From Acidimicrobiales bacterium (GTDB lineage: Bacteria > Actinomycetota > Acidimicrobiia > Acidimicrobiales > Iamiaceae): a DNA stretch of 30,924 nucleotides. Below the pieces are notes generated by a model. The model was not told where the DNA came from. It did not search any database and worked only from the letters and a program-made list of their open reading frames with translations. Both the position numbers and the translations under genes were made by a program. The stretch is taken from the NCBI GenBank assembly GCA_035703405.1, contig DASSYG010000365.1, positions 1-30,924 on the forward strand. The letters run 5' to 3'. This document shows positions 8,928 through 17,224 of this stretch, in pieces (position 1 is the stretch's first letter; each line of letters opens with the position of its first letter).

Positions 8928-11900
8928 TCGAACAATGAGAGTGCGTCTTGGCGGCGGAGCTTGTCCTCGAATGGCGCTGAATCGTCGAGTGATGTGCGCG
9001 TCGCTGCGTATCGTTATTCGAATCCTTCTAGCATCGGTGTTCAGGGTTCGATGTCGGTGGGTGGTTGGCATCAGGTTTCGGTTGTCGATGATGGTTCGAT
9101 GTTGACTTTGTTCGTCGATGGCGTGCCGGTCGCTTCGGTTACCGAGGCGGCCGTGGCTTACCCGGCGGGGTCGGCCTTGTGGTTGGCCTGGTTCACGAAT
9201 GGGTGTGACTGTAGGCGTGGCGTCGCGTACATGAGTGACATTTCGGTGTATTCGGAGGCGCTGCCACCGGGCGTGATCGCGGAGCATTATCAGGCCGCGG
9301 GTGGGGTGTTGCCGTTGAGCTACGCGAATCTTATGGGTGAGTCGAATCCGTCGATGTCGTGTTATTCATGTTCGGCCGGCACGATTCGTCAGCAGATCGG
9401 TGCTCCGGTGAACGCGCAGACCGGCAACTTTTCGCATTCGTTCGACGATATCGGGTTGCCCGGTCGAGGCCCGGAGTTGGGGGTTTCCCGAACGTACAAT
9501 TCGTTGGCTGCGGTGATGCCCGACGAGGGATCCTCGGCGCCGGAGGTGGGTTTCGGGTCGGGTTGGTCTTGGAATTATGGGAGTCATCTGGTGTTCGATG
9601 CGACGGCGCCGGTCCCGGTCGATCCTGGCGACCCGTCGCCTGATCCGGAGACGGGGCCGAACCTGATCGGGTTTGTCCAAGAGAACGGTTCAGAGGTGCT
9701 GTTTTCTCAAGACGGCACGGGTGCGTGGGTGTCTCCGTCGAATGTATTCGCGACACTGGCCCACAATCTGGATGGCTCGTGGACGGTCGTGCGTGCGGAT
9801 ACGGCCACGTTCACGTTCGACGCGGATGGCCGCCTGATCGGTGAATCGGATAGGAACGGGTATCAGATTTCGTTGTCGTGGCCGTCGAGTTTCCCGGGTG
9901 CCGTGGTGGTGACTGGTGCGTCGGGTGCGACGTTGTCGATTGAAGTGAACGGCGATGGCCTGGTGACTTTGGTGACCGATTCGGTCGGGCGGAGCGTCAG
10001 CTACGGCTATGCCGACTGGATTTTGAGGTCGGTGTCATCGTTGGCTGGCGGTTCGTGGACCTACAGTTATGGTCCAGGTGACTTGATGACGTCGATGACC
10101 GATCCGTTCGGTGGTACCGTAGCAAATAGTTACGATGGTATGGACCGGGTCGTTGCCCAATGGGGGCCGGTCGCGGCGGCGAACGCGGTTGGTGAACCCT
10201 CGGATACCGCGTCGGCGACGACGTTCGATTATTCGATTCTGAACGAGACGACGATCACCGATCCGACAGGTCGGATCGAACGACAGACCTTCCGGCAGGG
10301 CTATTTGGTATCGGACACGATCGGCACGGGCGCTGGCGCGTCGACGAGCATGTTCGAGTACGACGCGGTCACCTCCGGGCAGGCGAGGATGACCGATGCG
10401 TCCGAGAACGTGACCGAAACAACCTATTTCGAGCAAGGTTGGATCAAATCGACGACCGATGGTGCCGGGAACACCACCAATTTCGGAGGATACAACGCTT
10501 TCGGTGAACCTGGCACGGTCACTGACCCGTCCGGGGTGACGACCACCTACAGCTATGACGTGCACGGCAATGTGACTTTGGTGTCCACGCCGTGGAACAC
10601 CCACCCTGGCCAGCCTGCTCTCACACACTACGCGTATGACACGACCTATCCAGGTGATTTGCTCCAGACCGTCGAAGCCGACGGGACCGTCACCGAGTTC
10701 AGCCATGACCCGGCCACGGGGCAGGTCACCTCGGTGATCGGTCCCGACGGGGAGACCACCTTTGGCTACGACCAGGCCGGTCACCGGACATGGTCGATTT
10801 CACCGGCAGGCAACACAGCCGGTGGAACACCGAGTGAGCATCGAAGTGTTGGGGTGGTGAACCCCGCGGGTCAGATTCTCGAGTCGTTGGATCCGCTTGG
10901 CGAGCCGGTCGCAGATGGTTTCCTGCGCTCCGGCACGAGTCTGGGGATCAGCGCTACCGGTGAGACCTGGGACGTCCGGTCGGGGAGCTGGGCGGTAACG
11001 CCGGGCGTGGCGTCGGTGACTGGCACCGCTGGTGGGGTGGCGTTGGCGACCATTCCGAATCCTGGCGATCCGAGCGATGGTGCGGTGGCGTCTATGATCG
11101 TGGCCGATGGCACGTCGAATTATGCAGGTCTTGCGTTCCGGGTGAAAGGTGCCGACAATTACTGGTTTCTCCGACAGGTTCCGGTGTTTGGTGGTCTGGC
11201 CATGTACAAGACCGTTGGTGGGGTGACCACGTTCGTGGCCGGCTATGAGACCGGTCTCACCACGGGGGACCGGATCATGGTGTCATCGGTCGGCTCCAAG
11301 ATCGCCGTGTATCGCAACGGCGCGCGACTCGATGTGCTCGGTGGATCCGGTGAGGTCACCGACACCGACCTGGACACTTTCGCAACGACCGGGTTGATCG
11401 GCTTCTCGGCCGGACCGGTCGCATCCGGGTTCTCCAACCACACCCCAAGCGGTGGGGTCACCGATGCCTGGTTCGACGAGGCCGGTCGTGTCCTGAAAAC
11501 TGCTGGGCCGCGCCTTGTTGCGTCGGGGGAAGAGATCACCAGGGTTGTCTATGACGCCGGGGGAAGGGCGGTCAAAACCACCGACGCGAATGGTCACGCG
11601 ACAGCCAGTGAGTATGATCTGGCGGGACGGGTCGTCACCCAACGGGTCGGGGTGACGGGCTCGGATCCGAACGGGTCGGGTTCGACCAGCTACGCCTATG
11701 ATTCCCAGGGCCGGGTCGCGTCCACGCAGGCCGGTGGGAAGCCTGCAGTTGAATTTGTTTACACCGATGCGTCCGGGTCGAATCCAGCCACGCGAGTGGT
11801 GACCGAACCGTCCGGGGCGACGGTGACGACCGTGTTCGATACGGCGAGTCGGCCGTCGAGGGTCACCTATTCGGATGCGACACCGATGGTGAGCTTCACG

Positions 11901-12731
11901 TATGACGAGAATGGTCGGGTCACGAGCGAGGATTCGGCCGGGTCGGGGGCAGATGTGGTCAGTAGCTATGACTCCTTGGGGCAGGTCGCGTCGGTGACGC
12001 GGGCTCAGCGGTTGGTCAGATATATCTATGATCGGCCTGGTCGGATCTCCAAGATCAAGTATCCTTTCGGGAATGTGATCACACGCGGCTATGACCCCAA
12101 GGGACGGTGGGACACGGTCACCGACTGGAACGGCCAGACCACCAGCTTCGCCTACGATGCCGATGGCAATATCGCCGCCGTCACGACACCGAACGGAGTG
12201 ATCGCCACTCGCAGCCATGACGCGAACGGCGCGATCGACCACATCAGCATCGATGATGCCACGACCAGTATCGCGGACTGGGAATATGCCCGTGACCAGG
12301 CCCAGAACCTGACCGGGGTCAGCGCTACTGGTGTTGGTGGGAACCACACCTGGGATTATGACGCGGCCGGAAATCTCACCAACCAAGCCGGGACACCCGC
12401 CGAGTCCTACGCGTACGATCCGTCCAACCAACCTGTCACGGTCGGCGACACCGCGCAGGCCTTCGACGCATCGGGTGAAATCTGTTGGACCTCACCGATC
12501 GCCGCAGCCGGCGCCGCCCGGGACTGTTCCGACAAACCCTCAGGCGGGGCAAGCTTTCACTACAACGACAACGGACAACGCACCGGGGAAGGCGCGACCG
12601 GGCTCTATCACTGGAATGCCGCGGGCCAACTGACCTGGTCAGGACGCCACGTCGCGACCGCGTACCGCTACGATCCAGCAGGGCTGCGCACCCAAGCCAC
12701 CTACAACGGCTCCTACCACCGCTACTCCTAG
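8928..12731 (+). CDS. RHS toxin segment 2: end of LamG, RHS core start (PVNAQTGN at 9405), YD repeats, inserted beta-sandwich domain
   Basis: GWHQVSVVDDG..LFVDG (LamG); GAPVNAQTGNF...SRTYNS; many YDxxGR/GN repeats. Confidence 0.88.
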   Translation, partial: SNNESASWRRSLSSNGAESSSDVRVAAYRYSNPSSIGVQGSMSVGGWHQVSVVDDGSMLTLFVDGVPVASVTEAAVAYPAGSALWLAWFTNGCDCRRGVAYMSDISVYSEALPPGVIAEHYQAAGGVLPLSYANLMGESNPSMSCYSCSAGTIRQQIGAPVNAQTGNFSHSFDDIGLPGRGPELGVSRTYNSLAAVMPDEGSSAPEVGFGSGWSWNYGSHLVFDATAPVPVDPGDPSPDPETGPNLIGFVQENGSEVLFSQDGTGAWVSPSNVFATLAHNLDGSWTVVRADTATFTFDADGRLIGESDRNGYQISLSWPSSFPGAVVVTGASGATLSIEVNGDGLVTLVTDSVGRSVSYGYADWILRSVSSLAGGSWTYSYGPGDLMTSMTDPFGGTVANSYDGMDRVVAQWGPVAAANAVGEPSDTASATTFDYSILNETTITDPTGRIERQTFRQGYLVSDTIGTGAGASTSMFEYDAVTSGQARMTDASENVTETTYFEQGWIKSTTDGAGNTTNFGGYNAFGEPGTVTDPSGVTTTYSYDVHGNVTLVSTPWNTHPGQPALTHYAYDTTYPGDLLQTVEADGTVTEFSHDPATGQVTSVIGPDGETTFGYDQAGHRTWSISPAGNTAGGTPSEHRSVGVVNPAGQILESLDPLGEPVADGFLRSGTSLGISATGETWDVRSGSWAVTPGVASVTGTAGGVALATIPNPGDPSDGAVASMIVADGTSNYAGLAFRVKGADNYWFLRQVPVFGGLAMYKTVGGVTTFVAGYETGLTTGDRIMVSSVGSKIAVYRNGARLDVLGGSGEVTDTDLDTFATTGLIGFSAGPVASGFSNHTPSGGVTDAWFDEAGRVLKTAGPRLVASGEEITRVVYDAGGRAVKTTDANGHATASEYDLAGRVVTQRVGVTGSDPNGSGSTSYAYDSQGRVASTQAGGKPAVEFVYTDASGSNPATRVVTEPSGATVTTVFDTASRPSRVTYSDATPMVSFTYDENGRVTSEDSAGSGADVVSSYDSLGQVASVTRAQRLVRYIYDRPGRISKIKYPFGNVITRGYDPKGRWDTVTDWNGQTTSFAYDADGNIAAVTTPNGVIATRSHDANGAIDHISIDDATTSIADWEYARDQAQNLTGVSATGVGGNHTWDYDAAGNLTNQAGTPAESYAYDPSNQPVTVGDTAQAFDASGEICWTSPIAAAGAARDCSDKPSGGASFHYNDNGQRTGEGATGLYHWNAAGQLTWSGRHVATAYRYDPAGLRTQATYNGSYHRYS

Positions 12732-13667
12732 GACGACACCTCCGGTGTGCCCCAACTTATCGGCGACCAGAACCCGGCCCACAACCTCACCTATCTCTAT
12801 GGACCAGATGGGTTGCCTTTCGAACAGATCGACACGGTCACCGCCACCAGCACCTGGTTCCACCAAGACGCGACCGGATCGATCCGCTGCACCACCGACG
12901 ACACCGGCACGTTGACCTCCACCCAAACGTTCACCCCCTGGGGCGAATCGGTCGATTCCACCGGCACCCCACCCCGCCTCGGCTACAAATCCAAACAAAC
13001 CGACCCCTCCGGACTCATCTACCTCCAAGCCCGCTACTACGACCCAGAAACCGCCCAATTCCTCAGCGTCGACCCCCTCGCCCCCATCACCCACACCCGA
13101 TACGGCTACACCAACAACAACCCCCTCAACGGCGCGGACCCGAACGGGCTGGTTGTGCAAGGATTCTGTCTGAGCGCGTCTGTCGGGTCGGTGCTGGCAA
13201 TTGAAGGCCAAGCATGTATCGTAAGCGACGGCGTACACTCAGGCGTCTTGGTTATTAGTGGAGTAGGGTCCGGAACGCCTCAGGCCTCGATAGCGGGCGC
13301 TCTATTTATGAGTTCGGCCGATTCCGTTTTCGATCTTTCAGAAACTCAAGGCTGTCTTACGGCTCAGGGGGGTGTCGGGCCCGGAGTGGCAGCTGAATTG
13401 TGTATCGGGCGTGATGGATCCGACTCGTCTATCTTTGTGCACGTAGGTGGTACAATTGAGCCTGGCGGCTCTATGTCTGGGGGAGTATATACCGCGAAAT
13501 ACTATTCGTTCTCGGAGATATTTGGAAATTACCTTAGGAAGATATTCGGCTGTGAGCCTGGACCTTCGCCGACCCGCCACCACCGAAACCCCGACGGAGG
13601 TTGGGGAAGTGGTGGAGTTTCTCCGAACATGGATGGTAATGGTCTTCCGCTGCCGCCCCGAGGCTAA
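12732..13667 (+). CDS. RHS toxin segment 3: RHS-associated core end plus C-terminal effector domain (13152..13667)
   Basis: TFTPWG, GLIYLQARYYDPETAQFLSVDP, YGYTNNNPLNGADPNGL, then a 171-aa variable tip ending in TAA. Confidence 0.88.
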   Translation, partial: DDTSGVPQLIGDQNPAHNLTYLYGPDGLPFEQIDTVTATSTWFHQDATGSIRCTTDDTGTLTSTQTFTPWGESVDSTGTPPRLGYKSKQTDPSGLIYLQARYYDPETAQFLSVDPLAPITHTRYGYTNNNPLNGADPNGLVVQGFCLSASVGSVLAIEGQACIVSDGVHSGVLVISGVGSGTPQASIAGALFMSSADSVFDLSETQGCLTAQGGVGPGVAAELCIGRDGSDSSIFVHVGGTIEPGGSMSGGVYTAKYYSFSEIFGNYLRKIFGCEPGPSPTRHHRNPDGGWGSGGVSPNMDGNGLPLPPRG

Positions 13668-13689
13668 CATTCAACTACGGATACAACTC

Positions 13690-14178
13690 ATGCCAAATGA
13701 CGTAATCATGACACCACGGATCTGGAGTTCCTTCTCCAGGATCTTCCCATCATTCGTGATTCTGCTTTCTGGGCCGCTCTTCCATGTTATTGGGTTCCCC
13801 ATATTGCCGATTGTGCCCATCACCATTCTATTCGGGATATTAGCCATCATAATTAGCGTGAGTGGAACGCCACGTTACATCATCTCGGGCGTTGATGCCA
13901 TTACATGTCGCATGTGGTCTGGTGCATCTATATTACTGGATGCGGAAGAAACACTTCTCTACAGCGGCGGTGGCTGGTACTGGCAAGTATTTTCCGGATG
14001 GCTTCTGGTAGATGGATCTGACAATGCTGTGTTTGTGCCAGCTCGTCCGACTAACTACACTGAGTGGCTGGGGCATGCGCAGGCTTCCGGGCTGCAAATC
14101 GTCGAACAGCGACCCGTTATTCAAAATGGGAGCACAAGTGCACTTCGCACAGCTCTTAGGAGTCTTTCGAATCGATGA
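13690..14178 (+). CDS. Putative immunity protein, about two N-terminal TM helices plus a soluble domain
   Basis: ATG 22 nt after the toxin stop; 162 aa; hydrophobic FVILLSGPLFHVIGFPILPIVPITILFGILAIII; low GC (25/60 G+C in 13801-13860). Confidence 0.65.
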   Translation: MPNDVIMTPRIWSSFSRIFPSFVILLSGPLFHVIGFPILPIVPITILFGILAIIISVSGTPRYIISGVDAITCRMWSGASILLDAEETLLYSGGGWYWQVFSGWLLVDGSDNAVFVPARPTNYTEWLGHAQASGLQIVEQRPVIQNGSTSALRTALRSLSNR

Positions 14179-14226
14179 CAAGAGGTCAGATCAGGCGGCA
14201 ATCCCCTTCCAAGGATTATGCAGGCG

Positions 14227-14243
14227 GGGTCTGCTGTGGGTTA
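14227..14243 (-). mobile_element. Probable right-end stub of the IS3-family relic, cut off by IS630
   Basis: On the minus strand the relic sequence resumes across the TA target as ...accatcgacc|TA|acccacagcagaccc; assignment as an IS3 end is from resemblance only. Confidence 0.4.
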
Positions 14244-15353
14244 GTGGTCCGTCGCGGATTTGGTGACGTGGTCGAGTTTGGCTCGTCCGCGTTTGACTTT
14301 GGTGATGATTTCTTTCGCGGTTTTGGTCCACACGAAGGGTTGGGGGTCGTCGTTCCAGTGTGAGACCCACAGGTCGAGTGCGTCGGTGAGTTGGTCGACG
14401 GAGGTGAACACGCCGTGTTTGAGGCGCTTGTTCGTGAGCTGAGCGAACCAGCCCTCGACCAGGTTCAGCCACGACGAGCTCGTCGGGGTGAAGTGGAGGT
14501 GCCATCGCTTCTGGCGGGGTTTCGCGAGCCATGCTTTGACCTCGGCGGACTTGTGTGCCGACAGGTTGTCCAACACGACATGGACCTCGAGGTCGCGGGG
14601 CGTGTGGGCATCGATCCAGCGGAAGAACGCCAACACGTCGGTGCTGGTGTGGGTCTTGCGGGTCTGGTGGAGCACTTCACCGGTGCCGACGTTCAACGCC
14701 GCGAACAAATCAGTGGTGCCGTTGCGCTTGTAGTCATGAGTCATCGTGCGGCCACGCCCGTTGATCATCGGCAGCGACGGCTGGGTCCGGTCCAACGCCT
14801 GGACCTGGGTCTTTTCGTCGAAGCTGAACACCACCGCCCGCTCAGGCGGGTTCAGATACAGGCCGACCACGTCAACCAACTTGGCTTCAAAATCCGGGTC
14901 GGTCGACAGCTTGAACGTCTCCACACGCCACGGTCGCAGTTTCCGGGCCTGCCAGATCCGCGCCACGGTGTCCTTGCCCACCCCATGCCGTTCGGCCATC
15001 GTGCGCGTCGACCACGCGGTGGCTTGATCGTCAGGGATCGTGTGCAACGTGTCGTGAACGATCGCGTCGACCGTGGCTTGCGCGATGACCGGTTTGCGGC
15101 CCCGCCCCTCAGCGATCGACCCGACCGCGTCGATCCCACCTTCTTCGTACTTGCGCCGCCAGCGACGCACCGCGTTCGGAGTCGTCGAACACTGCCGAGC
15201 GATCTCCGCATTCGCGACACCGTCCGCGGCCAACACCAACGCCTTGGCCTGGGCCACCGTCCGATGAGGCAACGACGTCGAACACGCCAACCGCTTCAAC
15301 GCCTTACGTTCTCTGCGGGACACGTTCAACCGGGGAGCAGTCTGGATCGGCAT
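14241..15353 (-). CDS. tnp: IS630-family transposase
   Basis: N-terminal HTH; DDE motifs FSFDEKTQVQAL, VVLDNLSAHK, SWLNLVEGWF. Start at ATG 15353 or at 15377. Confidence 0.95.
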   Translation of the reverse strand: MPIQTAPRLNVSRRERKALKRLACSTSLPHRTVAQAKALVLAADGVANAEIARQCSTTPNAVRRWRRKYEEGGIDAVGSIAEGRGRKPVIAQATVDAIVHDTLHTIPDDQATAWSTRTMAERHGVGKDTVARIWQARKLRPWRVETFKLSTDPDFEAKLVDVVGLYLNPPERAVVFSFDEKTQVQALDRTQPSLPMINGRGRTMTHDYKRNGTTDLFAALNVGTGEVLHQTRKTHTSTDVLAFFRWIDAHTPRDLEVHVVLDNLSAHKSAEVKAWLAKPRQKRWHLHFTPTSSSWLNLVEGWFAQLTNKRLKHGVFTSVDQLTDALDLWVSHWNDDPQPFVWTKTAKEIITKVKRGRAKLDHVTKSATDH

Positions 15354-15396
15354 GCCCTCAAGCCTAACCCACGCCACTATTTAAGCGACGGACCAT
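14244..15396 (-). mobile_element. IS630-family insertion sequence, apparently intact, 1153 bp
   Basis: Terminal IRs gtggtccgtcgc (14244-14255) and gcgacggaccat (15385-15396), 11/12 complementary; TA on both sides (14242-14243, 15397-15398). Confidence 0.9.
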
Positions 15397-15398
15397 TA

Positions 15399-15578
15399 GG
15401 TCGATGGTGGTTGTGAGTGATAATGCGGCGTTGGTGTCGGCGTCGTGATCGGTGGTGAAGGCGAGTTCGTACTCGACTGGGGTGAGCCGGCCGAGGCGGC
15501 GTTGCCGGCGGCGGCGGTTGTATCGGGTCGAGAAGCGGTGAAGTTCCGTTGCACCAGATCATCGTGCACCGCCGGTCC
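15399..15578 (-). pseudogene. Internally deleted IS3-family transposase (OrfB) relic
   Basis: GPAVHDDLVQRNFTASRPD (start of the IS3 integrase core) joined out of frame to YNRRRRQRRLGRLTPVEYE (IS3 OrfB C-terminus). Confidence 0.75.
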
Positions 15579-15672
15579 CAGAGGCAGGATCACGATGCCC
15601 CTGGGTGCTGCCCGCGGGCACAAGGCGGCACCGCTGTTCCCTCGTGGTGGCCTGGGCCGCTACCCGCCTCGA

Positions 15673-16659
15673 TCAAGCGGGTGCGTCGGCATCGCCGTGG
15701 TGCGGCACGCCCGCAGCCGCGCTGGTCGCGGCAGGCGAGACGAGGCGCTTGGCGTCGCGGCGGTCGGCCCAGCGATGCGTCGCGAGGGCGAGCTGCCAGC
15801 CGAGAACTGTTCCCACCCCGAGGGTGACCAGCCCACCGACCGCGTCGAGCCAGTAGTGGTTGGCGGTGATGAGAATGCAGAACAGCGTCGCGAACGGGTA
15901 CAAGATCACCAGCCCCTTGACCCAACGGCGGCGTGCCCGCGGGGCCACGACGATCGCGCACCACGTCGACCAGCCGATGTGCAGGCTCGGCATCGCCGCG
16001 AACTGGTTCGAGACCTGGGCCATCGCGGTGCTCCCGAAGCTCCACAGACCACCGAACGACTCGAGTGTGTCGATGAAGCCGAACTGGTGGCACGCGAGTT
16101 GCGGGTTCGCCGCGACGATCGACGCGGGCAGGCTGCAGCCGCCGAACTGGCCGGTGTGGTCGAGCAGTCGCGGGGGCATGAGCGAGAACGAGGCAAAGCC
16201 CACGAGTGCCACGATCGTGGTCAGCACGAGCGCGTTGCGCCAGACCGTGTAGTCGCGGGGGAACCGGCGGAACAGCCAGATCAACACGACGATCGGGATG
16301 ATGAAGTGGAACGACCCGTAATAGATGTTCCAGAACTTGATCAGTCCGTGTCCGGGCAGGCCCAGATACCACTCCTGCAGGCGGGGTTCGAAGAACAGCC
16401 CAAGATGCTTTTCGATGTTGATCACGTCGTGGGCATGACCGAGGGCGATGGCGACCGCGTCGGGTGACACCTTCGAACCGATCGAGCTTCCCGATGATCC
16501 GAACGTGTTGCGCACGAGGCTGTACACCTCGTACAGCACGAACACCAACAACAACTCGCGCCACCACCGCAGACGCCGCCGCGCGGTCGGCTCCTCGGGA
16601 AGGTCGCGCCAGTGGCGTTCGGTCTCGGTCGTGTCGAGCACGATCGATTCTGGTGCCAT
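15673..16659 (-). CDS. PAP2-superfamily membrane protein (PAP2_3, Aur1/IPC-synthase-like)
   Basis: PPRLL, FAAMPSLHIGWS and TANHYWLD motifs. ATG 16659 chosen because the longer ORF overlaps the upstream gene. Confidence 0.85.
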   Translation of the reverse strand: MAPESIVLDTTETERHWRDLPEEPTARRRLRWWRELLLVFVLYEVYSLVRNTFGSSGSSIGSKVSPDAVAIALGHAHDVINIEKHLGLFFEPRLQEWYLGLPGHGLIKFWNIYYGSFHFIIPIVVLIWLFRRFPRDYTVWRNALVLTTIVALVGFASFSLMPPRLLDHTGQFGGCSLPASIVAANPQLACHQFGFIDTLESFGGLWSFGSTAMAQVSNQFAAMPSLHIGWSTWCAIVVAPRARRRWVKGLVILYPFATLFCILITANHYWLDAVGGLVTLGVGTVLGWQLALATHRWADRRDAKRLVSPAATSAAAGVPHHGDADAPA

Positions 16660-16738
16660 CAGGCGCGGCCTCGGAAAGTGGTGAATGCCCCGGCCCGCGC
16701 CGGACCAGGCTCTCTGGGCATCCGGGGAGGATAAGGGA

Positions 16739-17224
16739 TCACGTCCCTGCGAGGCCAACGAAGCCACCGACGAGCAGGCCGTAACCGACATGGGCGACGA
16801 GCGTGACGAGCGCAGTCGAGTGGCCGTAGTTGCGCATCAAAAACCCGGGAGGTTCGAGCAGCGGCGCCTCACCGGCCGCGCTGAAATCGTCTCCCATCCT
16901 CGGATGCACCGCCGGCAGGACCACGTTGACCAGTGCCGTGGCCGAGAACACGCCGTGCGCGGCGCCGAAGGCCGCGCCGAGCAGCCAGCCCGTGTGCCCG
17001 ATGGCCTCGAACAGGCCGAAGTAGCCGAGGGCGAAGACGAGACCGAATCCGAAATGCGCCAGGTAGCCGATCAGCTTGGCGCGCCGCCGATCCGGGGTGA
17101 ACATCGTGCCGAGCAGAAATGGCAGGTCCATGCGGGTCAGCCGCGCTTCGCTCGCCGCACGCAGCACCGTGGTCAGCACGAGCGTGCCTGCGAAGCCCCC
17201 GGCCAATGCCGCCCAGATGCTCAC
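16739..17224 (-). CDS. Hypothetical integral membrane protein coupled to GH15
   Basis: 161 aa with about 4 hydrophobic helices; its GTG start overlaps the GH15 TGA. Confidence 0.75.
   Translation of the reverse strand: MSIWAALAGGFAGTLVLTTVLRAASEARLTRMDLPFLLGTMFTPDRRRAKLIGYLAHFGFGLVFALGYFGLFEAIGHTGWLLGAAFGAAHGVFSATALVNVVLPAVHPRMGDDFSAAGEAPLLEPPGFLMRNYGHSTALVTLVAHVGYGLLVGGFVGLAGT

Larger units (their letters stand above)
8187..13667 (+). pseudogene. Single 1826-codon frame for a secreted LamG-RHS/YD polymorphic toxin, interrupted by in-frame TAG at 8925-8927 and 12729-12731 (nonsense pseudogene or read-through gene)
   Basis: ORFs 8082..8927, 8961..12731 and 12747..13667 share one frame and are separated only by single TAG codons. 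RBS gaggag at 8172-8177 precedes ATG 8187. Domains run across both stops. Confidence 0.8.
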
